Part shown: positions 1-8,600 of the stretch, one piece after another | Layout: each line of letters opens with the position of its first letter | How positions within the stretch are numbered: the first letter of the stretch is position 1 | Origin: an archaeon | Lineage (GTDB): Archaea; B1Sed10-29; WALL01 | DNA length: 64,000 bases | Assembly (NCBI GenBank): GCA_042584585.1 | Contig: JBHOSQ010000002.1 | Span: 57,808-121,807, forward strand | Direction: 5' to 3' | Position numbers and translations under genes: made by a program | The notes under the pieces: model-generated | The model's database searches: none | The model's input: only the letters and a program-made list of their open reading frames with translations | Told to the model about the DNA's origin: nothing

Positions 1-1
1 C

Positions 2-1405
2 GACTTGTGCGGCGGGGACCCGAAGTGCGCGAAGGTGTGTGTGAAAGGATTGCGGCTCGATGCCACGGAAGAAGAAAATGAAGAGACGCGGAGGATACTC
101 GGCTGGGAAAAAATGGGTGGGGAGTATGACACTGGAGTCTATTTCCCAAGCTGCCAGGAAGCGCGATTGGTTGAGGGGGTGGTCAAGGCATTCCGCGAGG
201 CAGCCAAGCAGGAGGATACAGACGTAGAAGAAGTATTCGAGGAATACTGTGAGGCGCAGGGGCTGGTTTTGGACGAAGGGCAGCACGAGGACTTGCTGCG
301 GCTCATGAAGTACGAGGTGCACGGCTTTTCTGTGCTCGAGCCACTGCTGGCGGACGAGTCGCTCGAGGAGATTACTGTGAATGGGATAGGGGAGCCGATA
401 AGAGTATACCGCCGCGGCGTCGGTTGGCTCGAAGCAGACGTCGCTTTCCTCGACGCGAAAAAAGTCGTTGGCGTTATCAACCGGATTGCGCGGTCGCTGG
501 GGAGGAGGATTACTCTGCAGAAGCCGAGGATAAACGCGTGCCTGCCGAACGGGTCGCGACTGCACGCCGCGATTCCGCCGGTGACGAAGCAGCCCTGCCT
601 GACGATAAGGAAGTTCACCGAAAAGCCACTGTCGCCGAGGCAGTTGATTGACAACGAGACAATCAGCGCGGAAGCCATGGCGTTTTTGTGGATGGCCATG
701 CAGTGCGACCTGAATATCTTGGTGGCCGGGTCGACCGGGTCGGGCAAGACGACGACGCTGAATTGCCTGAGCGCGTTTATCCCGCTGACCGAGCGCGTGA
801 TCATCGTGGAAGAGACACCGGAAATAAGCATCCCCCACGAGCACAGCGTGCGGCTTACCGTGAACCACGAGCTAGGGATAAAAATGGGTGATTTGGTGAG
901 GGACACGCTGAGGATGAGGCCGGACAGGATTGTTGTGGGCGAGGTGCGGAGTGCTGGCGAGGCAAAGGCATTGATGGACACCATGCTCGCCGGGCAGGGA
1001 AAGGGAAGCGTGGCGACTTTTCATGCGCTGAGCACCCGGGAGGCAATCAACCGCCTGAAGGCGCTGGGAATAAGCGACCATGACCTGCCCACCATTGACT
1101 TGATTGTCGTGCAGAAGCGGTGGGACCGGTACGACCCGGAGGAAAAGCGGACGGAAGAATTGCGGAGGGTCATGGAAATAAGCGAAGTGACGGCCAACGG
1201 GGCAAAGCCCTTGTTCGACTACGACACGGCAAAGGGAAAGCTAGTAAGGGTTGGGAGTGGCCAGGTGGGGAAAAAGATTATGAAGGCGTTTTCGCTGGAC
1301 GAGCTGGACGGGGAATGGGCGAAGCGCGAGAAAGCGCTTACGGATTCTTCCGAAGACTTCACAGAGGCGGTGAGGCAGGTAAATGAAACTGTTTTCGGGG
1401 CTTGA
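2..1405 (+). CDS. TadA/CpaF (VirB11-family) pilus assembly ATPase; may be 5'-truncated by the window edge
   Basis: Walker A GSTGSGKTT, Asp box EETPEI, LRMRPDRIVVGEVR Walker B region, ATFHA. Frame is open from position 2; alternative ATG at 113. Confidence 0.9.
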   Translation, partial: DLCGGDPKCAKVCVKGLRLDATEEENEETRRILGWEKMGGEYDTGVYFPSCQEARLVEGVVKAFREAAKQEDTDVEEVFEEYCEAQGLVLDEGQHEDLLRLMKYEVHGFSVLEPLLADESLEEITVNGIGEPIRVYRRGVGWLEADVAFLDAKKVVGVINRIARSLGRRITLQKPRINACLPNGSRLHAAIPPVTKQPCLTIRKFTEKPLSPRQLIDNETISAEAMAFLWMAMQCDLNILVAGSTGSGKTTTLNCLSAFIPLTERVIIVEETPEISIPHEHSVRLTVNHELGIKMGDLVRDTLRMRPDRIVVGEVRSAGEAKALMDTMLAGQGKGSVATFHALSTREAINRLKALGISDHDLPTIDLIVVQKRWDRYDPEEKRTEELRRVMEISEVTANGAKPLFDYDTAKGKLVRVGSGQVGKKIMKAFSLDELDGEWAKREKALTDSSEDFTEAVRQVNETVFGA

Positions 1406-2123
1406 GAAAGACCTGCGGCTCGCAGAGATGGGACAGGACAGGGAAAAGTGGCTGAAGTACTGCGCGGCTTCTGCCGGAGCGGGGTTCATGGCAATGCTTG
1501 CCGCCTGGCCAACAGCCGCGCCGGTCGTGGCGGGGATTGTATTTGCTGCCGTGTACAAAATCCCGTGGTACAGGAAGAAGTCATTGGCTGGAAAAGCCGA
1601 GAAGGAGTTGCCGCTCGTGCTGAGGTCAATGGCCACGCTGGTATCGGTCGGGCTTCCGTTCGAGGAAGCTCTGCGGCAGAGCTGCGGCGACTCCGTGCTG
1701 GCGAGGCACGTGCATATTGCGTTGGGCGAAGTGAAATTGGGGGCGCCGGTGCCACAGGCACTTAACTCGATGGCGGAAAGGATTGACTCGAAGCAAATGC
1801 AGAAGGCGGTGATGCAGCTCAACACGATTTACGCCAAGAAAGGCGGCGTGTCCGCACTGAAAAAAATGAGCGCGGAAATCGCTGCCGCGCAAAAAGCGGC
1901 GTTGCGCGAGTACGCGGGAAAGCTCGCGGTGTACTCGCTCGTCTTCATCGCGTTGTCCGCGGTGCTGCCGGCACTGTTCCAGGCGTACGTTATTGTGGGG
2001 TCCGCGTTCATGAGCGTGAAGCTGACGCCAAGCGACGCTTTTTGGGTTCCGGTGGTCGCTTTTCCAGTGATTGACTGCGCGATGCTCGCCATCATAAAGC
2101 TGAGGAGGCCATTCTTCGCATGA
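1383..2123 (+). CDS. TadB/TadC-like (T2SSF domain) pilus platform membrane protein
   Basis: ELPLVLRSMATLVSVGLPFEEAL and GAPVPQAL motifs, TM helices, overlaps the ATPase gene. Confidence 0.85.
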   Translation: MKLFSGLEKDLRLAEMGQDREKWLKYCAASAGAGFMAMLAAWPTAAPVVAGIVFAAVYKIPWYRKKSLAGKAEKELPLVLRSMATLVSVGLPFEEALRQSCGDSVLARHVHIALGEVKLGAPVPQALNSMAERIDSKQMQKAVMQLNTIYAKKGGVSALKKMSAEIAAAQKAALREYAGKLAVYSLVFIALSAVLPALFQAYVIVGSAFMSVKLTPSDAFWVPVVAFPVIDCAMLAIIKLRRPFFA

Positions 2124-2977
2124 TGGACAGGTTGTTGTTTGGGGTGCAGAAGGCAATGACCGGCCTGGGGTGGGGAGACGCCAGGCAGTGGCTGGGGCGC
2201 GCCATGTGGGCAGGGGCGGCAGTATTGGTGTTGGGAGTTGCATTGCACGAGTGGCTCGTTTGTACGATTTCGCTGCTTCCGCTGGCCGCGATGTATGCGG
2301 TGCCGACGTATTTCTGGGCAAGGAAGCAAAGGCTCATGGAAGAAGAGCTGCCGCAAGCGCTTTACCGCGCCGCCTCCAGCACAATAAGGCCCATGGAAGA
2401 GTTGGTTGGTGAGCTGGCCGAGGGGGGCACGCCATTGGCCGGGGAATTCGCGAAAGCGAACAGGCAGGTGGCGAACGGCGTCGCGGTCGACGACGCACTC
2501 GAGGCCATGGTGGAGTGCAACGACTCCCAACTGCTGAAACGCGCGATTGGGCTGGTTTTGCAGGGCTACCGCACGGGCGCGGACATGGGCGACTCGCTGC
2601 GGGAGACGGCCGAGGAAATCAGCGGCGCCGCAGAAGTGGTGCGGGAGCAGGCCGCGACCACCGCGATAGAGAAGTATACCTTATTGCTTGCTGGGGGTGT
2701 GATTGTGCCACTCGTTCTCGGGGCATTGGTGTCGATGGTGTCGACGCTGAACTTCACGGGCCTCGCCGAAATAGGGTTCGGGCCCGCCGACCCGAAGGCG
2801 ATGCTGGCGAGCGCGCTGCTCGGGAGCCAGATTTACATCCTTGAGTACGCGGTGATTGCGTCCGTGTTCGTCGCCTACCAGGAAAACAACATTGAGAAGG
2901 CGTTTGTCTACGCGGCGGTGCTGGTGCCGTTGTCAATGGCATTGTTCTTGGCCGCAAAAGCGGCGATGGTCGTATGA
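2120..2977 (+). CDS. TadC-like (T2SSF domain) pilus platform membrane protein
   Basis: ELPQALY...GEFAKANRQVANGVAVDDAL...GYRTGADMGDSL; ATGA overlap with the previous gene. Confidence 0.85.
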   Translation: MMDRLLFGVQKAMTGLGWGDARQWLGRAMWAGAAVLVLGVALHEWLVCTISLLPLAAMYAVPTYFWARKQRLMEEELPQALYRAASSTIRPMEELVGELAEGGTPLAGEFAKANRQVANGVAVDDALEAMVECNDSQLLKRAIGLVLQGYRTGADMGDSLRETAEEISGAAEVVREQAATTAIEKYTLLLAGGVIVPLVLGALVSMVSTLNFTGLAEIGFGPADPKAMLASALLGSQIYILEYAVIASVFVAYQENNIEKAFVYAAVLVPLSMALFLAAKAAMVV

Positions 2978-3223
2978 GACACCCCCCTACCACCTATTGC
3001 AATTACTATTCAGAGATAATGGGGATTAACGAATAGCCCGGAAAGGAGGGTATACAGAGGATACACTCGACTGCGTGGGCGGGCAACGTTCTGGTGCGCT
3101 TCAGGGTCAAGGACAGGGGATACTGCCGGCTCAAGGCGCAGCAGATTGGCGCCGTGATTGACGTGCGGCTCGCCACGCTGAGCGCGAAAACATTCCGCTA
3201 GCTTTTTAAACCGCTAGCGAATA

Positions 3224-3985
3224 ATGGGTTTTATGGCAGAGAAGGAGCAAGTCGTGAAAATAGTCCAGACCCACCCCCAAAAGGTCGAGGGCTATACTTT
3301 GGTGGAGGGATTCCCAGGCATTGGCCTAATCGGCACGATTGCCGTGGGCTATTTGGCGGAAAAGCAGAAGACCGAGCCCGTCGGCTACATAATGTCCCGG
3401 CAGTTCCCCCCGATGGCGTCCATCCACAAGGGCGAGCCCCTTTTCCCCGCACGGATTTACGTCGACCACAAGCACAAGCTTGTGCTGTTGTTCTCCGAAT
3501 TCGTCGTGCCAGCGAGCACGGTCTATGACATCGCCGACCAAATAATCGCGTGGGCCCAGGAAAACAAAATCAAGCGGATTATTTCACTGGCGGGAATGAC
3601 TTCCCGGGAAAAGGCGGGCGAGTCCGAGATTTATGGGATTGCCTCGACCGATGGCATGATAAAAGACCTCGAGAAGCACAAAGTAAAGGTAATCACAGAA
3701 GGCGTGACGACCGGAGTGTCGGGAATACTCATGGCCAAGTGCAACGCCATCAAGTTCCCCGCGCTTAGCCTCTTGATTGAGACGGAGCACGGCTACCCAG
3801 ACCCCGGTGCCGCGGCGGAGCTCTTGGAGCGGCTCGAAAAGTTCCTCGGCTACGACATAAAGACCGCGGACCTGTTGGGCGAGGCCAAGGAAATCGAGGG
3901 CAAGATGAAGAAAATGCTCACCCAAATCAAGCTCGGGAAGATGAAGTACCAAGAAGCGGAAGAAAAAACGCCTATGTACGGCTAA
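3224..3985 (+). CDS. PAC2-family proteasome assembly chaperone
   Basis: EGFPGIGLIGTIA and YPDPGAAA motifs; C-terminal MYG (HbYX-like). Confidence 0.9.
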   Translation: MGFMAEKEQVVKIVQTHPQKVEGYTLVEGFPGIGLIGTIAVGYLAEKQKTEPVGYIMSRQFPPMASIHKGEPLFPARIYVDHKHKLVLLFSEFVVPASTVYDIADQIIAWAQENKIKRIISLAGMTSREKAGESEIYGIASTDGMIKDLEKHKVKVITEGVTTGVSGILMAKCNAIKFPALSLLIETEHGYPDPGAAAELLERLEKFLGYDIKTADLLGEAKEIEGKMKKMLTQIKLGKMKYQEAEEKTPMYG

Positions 3986-4020
3986 GGCTTCTGCAAACCG
4001 ATTTGGGAATCCACACTGAA

Positions 4021-4051
4021 CTAGGGGGATGCCAATTGGCATCCCCCCTAG
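4021..4051. repeat. Intergenic near-perfect palindrome, CCAATTGG core
   Basis: CTAGGGGGATGCCAATTGGCATCCCCCCTAG. Confidence 0.85.
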
Positions 4052-4127
4052 GCCGGCGGCAATTGTCACTCCCTGCGTTCTCAGCCCCCCAGTAAGTATT
4101 TTATACTTCCGAGGCTTAACTAGGCTC

Positions 4128-4664
4128 GTGAGGCTCCAGGACTACTACCGGCTAATGTCACCCAAGCTAACCGTGCTAGTCACAACCATTGACGAAAAAG
4201 GCAGGACCGACGTGTCCCCGTTTTCGTTCGTTTCGCCGGTCTCGTTCGAGCCCCCCCTCGTGATGCTTAGCGTGGGGCTGAACAAGCACTCTTACTGGGC
4301 AATGACCCGCGTCAAAGAGTTCGTGATTAATGTTCCGACCGAAAAAATCCTGGACAAGCTCTGGATTGCCGGCGGAAAATGGGACCCCAACGAGAGCAAG
4401 ATAGACAAAGCGAAGCTGAAAACGGAGCCAGCCGAAAAAGTGAGGCCACCCCGGCTCTCGGAGTGCGTTGCGCACATCGAGTGCTACGAAGAGTTCTCGA
4501 AAAAGGCGGGGGACCACATCATGGTCGTCGGAAAAGTCGTCGCCGTGTCCGCGAACGAGGAATACCTCGACGAAAACAACAATCTGAAGGTTGATGACGC
4601 CCGGCCGCCGCTGCATATAGCAGACAATTTGTTCGCTTTCCCGTATGTAACAAAAAGCTTGTGA
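4128..4664 (+). CDS. Flavin reductase-like (DIM6/NTAB) family protein
   Basis: SPFSFVSPVSFEPP, EFVINVP, AHIEC, GDHIMVVGKVV; GTG start at 4128 inferred. Confidence 0.85.
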   Translation: MRLQDYYRLMSPKLTVLVTTIDEKGRTDVSPFSFVSPVSFEPPLVMLSVGLNKHSYWAMTRVKEFVINVPTEKILDKLWIAGGKWDPNESKIDKAKLKTEPAEKVRPPRLSECVAHIECYEEFSKKAGDHIMVVGKVVAVSANEEYLDENNNLKVDDARPPLHIADNLFAFPYVTKSL

Positions 4665-4667
4665 AAA

Positions 4668-5591
4668 CTATTTCTTTAGGGCACTCACGAGGAGCGGCAG
4701 CAGTATTGTCGCGTCGCCCTCGACAGTGACGTACTTGGCGTCTTCCTTTACCTTGCCCCACGAGACTGCCTCGCGGACCCTGGCGCCGGAAAGCGAGCCG
4801 TCCCACTCCGCCGCAGTCGTCATGCCAATCGCGTAATCCAAGCCCCCGCGGAACTGGTTCCACCAAATCACGTGGTGCTTGCTGATGCCGCCGCCAACCA
4901 TCAAGGCACCGGTGTTCTTCGCATCGAAGACTATTTCGCTAAGTGCCTGCTCGTCCTCGAACAGGTTTACCTTGAAGTCCTTGTGGCTGTCCTGCCAGTA
5001 CATCCAAAGCTGTGAGCCCCACGCGCCGTCCATCGGGCCCGGCAGGAAAACCGGGACCTTGTTTTTCCACGCCCAGTACGCAATGGACTCTTCCGCCTTT
5101 TCCTCGTCCTTGATTGCCTCGCCAAAGGCCCAGACCAGGTCGCGCGTGGACCACTCGGATTTCTTTTTGTGCAGCTTCGGGAGGATTTCCTGCATTTTCT
5201 GCTCCAGAATAACGCCGTATGAATCGTTGGGGACGAAGACGTTCCCAAGCCGGTTAATGCCCTTCTTGTACAGCTCGGCGTCGTCCGCCTGGAAAGAGCC
5301 GTGGTAGTAATCCCTCCACAAGCGCGCGAGGTCATGGTCCATCGTGCCACACGTCGTTATGACGACGTCTGCCATTTTTTCCTTTACCATCTCCTTGATG
5401 ATGCCGCGCGTCCCGGTGGCGATAATGCACGCGGGAAACGACAAGAACTTTGTGCAGTCCCCGTCGAGCATGCGCTTGTAAATGTCCGTGGCTACCCCCA
5501 ACTTTTTTGCCGTGAAGCCACCGGAGCCAAGGTACTGGCTCATCAGCTCTTCGACGCTTTCAGTTGCATGAATATCCCTAACAGGTTCCAT
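4668..5591 (-). CDS. dys: Deoxyhypusine synthase
   Basis: GINRLGNVFVPND, GGGISKH, DGSLSGA, EAVSWGK, GDATI; ATG at 5591. Confidence 0.95.
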   Translation of the reverse strand: MEPVRDIHATESVEELMSQYLGSGGFTAKKLGVATDIYKRMLDGDCTKFLSFPACIIATGTRGIIKEMVKEKMADVVITTCGTMDHDLARLWRDYYHGSFQADDAELYKKGINRLGNVFVPNDSYGVILEQKMQEILPKLHKKKSEWSTRDLVWAFGEAIKDEEKAEESIAYWAWKNKVPVFLPGPMDGAWGSQLWMYWQDSHKDFKVNLFEDEQALSEIVFDAKNTGALMVGGGISKHHVIWWNQFRGGLDYAIGMTTAAEWDGSLSGARVREAVSWGKVKEDAKYVTVEGDATILLPLLVSALKK

Positions 5592-5604
5592 AGAAAAACA
5601 CCCC

Positions 5605-8600
5605 TTAAGTCTTGCGGTAAATGAAGTACATTCCCGCGAACAAGAAAAGCAGGTACATGAACAGCTCGGCACCCTCGCCGCGGAGCGGAACCGCCGGCGG
5701 GGTGATGTCCTCGCCCTCGTATTCCCTGACTTCGCTGCGCACGCTGCTCGGCTGCAGCAGCGGCGGGTCAGTGCGGCCGGTGATTGGGTTGAAGCCGTTG
5801 AGCTTGAAGTCGTTGTTCAGCTCGACCGGCTGGCCGTTCACGAATATGTAGTTGTTGTTGTCCGCGTCGTAGCGGATGGCGCCGCCGGTCCCCTTCAGAT
5901 AAGTGACGAGCGCTTCCTCGAGCAATATGTTGCCTTTGCCGTCGTTTATCGTCAAAAGCGTCCGGCCAAGCGAGTCTACCTTGGTCTGGATTTCGCGGAG
6001 CAGGTTGGCCTCGACGTGTGGCTGGTCCTTCTCGTACACCAGTATGTCGCCGGTCGCCTCGTCAATCTCGACTTGGTCCGCGTCGTAAATCTCTTTTTCC
6101 CCGTTGTAGAACAACTCGAACTTGGTCTCGTTGTCCTCGTCGGTGAAGAACCTCCAGCCCGCCTTCTCCTCGTCCTGGACCTCTCCGTCTCCGTTCATGT
6201 CCTTCCACGCGTCCAGCCTCGTGATGGTGCCGAGCTTGTCGCCGCCCGGAACCCCCGCGACCGCCGCGTTAAGCCCGAGCAAGTTGTTCTGTGCGTCAAA
6301 CACTTCCAATTGCTCGCCGGTAACGCTGCGCAAAGGCACGCCCTGAGTGTAGTCAAGCCACTGCTTGCCACTCATGGTCGGCATGAAGTACTTGGGGAGA
6401 ATGTAAATCTTGTCGCCCTTCTTGATTATCGAGCCGCCGGTGAACACCGCGGACTCGAAGCCAAGTGTCTCGTCGTTGAACAAGACGTTCGCTGTGGCGG
6501 TGACGGTGGCGTCTTCCTCGCTGAAGCCGAACGAGCCGTCGGGCCGGTCGTGCTCGAAGCGGAAGTCGCCGTTGTAGTCCACGCTCGGGTAGATGGAGCC
6601 GCCGTCCGTGTTGATTACGCGGAGCGTGCCCATCATCCTTGCGACTTCGTCAAAGCCTTCTTCCTCGAACTTTGTGACGACGTCCTGGTTGATTGTGAGG
6701 CGTGTCCCGGTCTTGTCCACCGAGAACAGCATGCAATCAGTTGCCGCTGGCGTGTTCACCGCAATCGCGGTGTTGGGAATCACTAGTGCGGGGAGCTCGG
6801 TGTCCATCCACTTGAACGGCACCAACTCGTCCGTGACGATTGTCCTGCCGCCGACCGTGACCGACTCGCCCTGGATGTTGAGGCATGTTTCTTCCATTGG
6901 GTTGCCAGCGTCGTCAAGGCTACACAGGTTAATCGGTAGGTTGCCCTCGAGCCACTGGACTGAGACGTCCTGCAGGTGCGCGTAGTACACCTCATCCATC
7001 GCTATTCGGCCGGACGCGTCGTATCCCTCGGTGTGGACGTTGAGCTGCTGCTGCGAGAACTCTTCCAGCGGGTTGGTGACGTCGCCGAGGCCGCTGGCGT
7101 CAAGGAAGTCGCCGACGGGCAGGTTCTCTAGGCCGGGCAGGGACTTCAGTTGCTCTGCCTGCTGCTGCTCCGCAATCATGACCGGGTCGCTGTAGGACGC
7201 GGCGCCAATAATCGTGAAAGTGTGTTCCTGGCACGTGCCCAAGTCGCGGAGGCACGCCTCGCGGAGCTGGATTTTGTAAATCGCGAGCGCGACGTCTGCA
7301 AGCACTATTACCGCGCCGGCGGGACCAGCCAAGCCCATGGATGCAATCGCAACGTCGGCTACTGCAGTGCCGACCATTCCAGTGCTGCCCATTCCTTCCT
7401 GGTTGAGGCAGCTGCTCAGGACCGTGGCGCAGTTTTTTCTCTCGTCGCACGTGAAATCAGGGTTGTCGGACTCGCCTGTACGCACACATTGGGAAAGGTC
7501 CTCCATGTCGGTGTACTGCGCGGTCACGAACGCCTCACCCGCGAGGAGTGAGCTCTTCGTCGTTAGGAATAAGCCGAGCGGTGCGCCAAGTACGCTCGCA
7601 CCGAGCCCAAGGCCGCCGAGCGTCCCGCGGGTGAAGAACAGTGAATAAGAAGATGACGCAAGGAGCATGTTGGTGAACACGCCCCAGTTCCCTATCTTCT
7701 TAATGAAAGAGTCGAACTGCGTGAAGACTCCGCCCGGCAGGTTTTGCTCGTCCTCGTACATGTGGCCGTACAAGTCAATCTTGTTGGTCCACATGCCCAT
7801 TGCGGTTACGAGATTGTTTTCGCCGCCTTTTTTGTGCATGGTGCGGACGTCTTCGACCGCTGAGTAGACGTGGTCATCCCACTCGCGGATGTGCATGATG
7901 TAATGGTCGCCTTTCTGCTCGATGTGGGTGGTGCCGGTCGGGTTTTCTTCGACTACTTCGATTACTCCACCACTGGGCGGGTACATTATCCCGCCGAACA
8001 CGAGGACGTCGCCGAGCAGGTTTGCCTTCGAGACGAGGGGCTCCATGTTTTCGTTTACTTGTCCAAGCACGCCGAAGAAAATGGCGCCGAGCTCGCCGCC
8101 CGTGTAAGATGACAACAAGCCTTTGACGAGGCTGTTCTGGGCGAGGAGCACGATGACTGAGTCGTCTTGGTAGTACTCGCCGATTTCGTCTTTGTTGTAG
8201 CGGAGGGTCAGGCCCGCGCCGCTGAGCTCGAAGAAGCCCTGGCGGAAGAACAAGTCGTTGACCGAGTGCAGGCCGCGCGCGACCATGACCGCGAGCGTAC
8301 CTGGGCTCGTGTAAATAGCTATGGCGAGGCGGTTAAGCGAGTTTACTGCAACCTGAACGCCAATGCTTCCACCTGACCTAGCTGCACTTTCTGCTGCGTC
8401 AGGGAACACTTCCTTGAAAATGGCTGAGGGTGAGCCACTCGTAACAGCGGTGCCAAACCGCCTCAGGCCGCCTGCAGCCCTCTGCCCGACAATTCCATCG
8501 AGGAGCGCGATGCCGGCGTCCTGTTCGCCCATTAACTCTTTGGCAAGATCCTCATAGCCCAGGGGCGATAAGACTTCTTGTCCACCCTGACGAAACATAT

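Noticed and set aside
3034-3036. Pyrrolysine or stop-codon recoding
   Set aside because: TAG, TGA and TAA all act as normal stops in well-supported genes here, and no pyl genes were seen.
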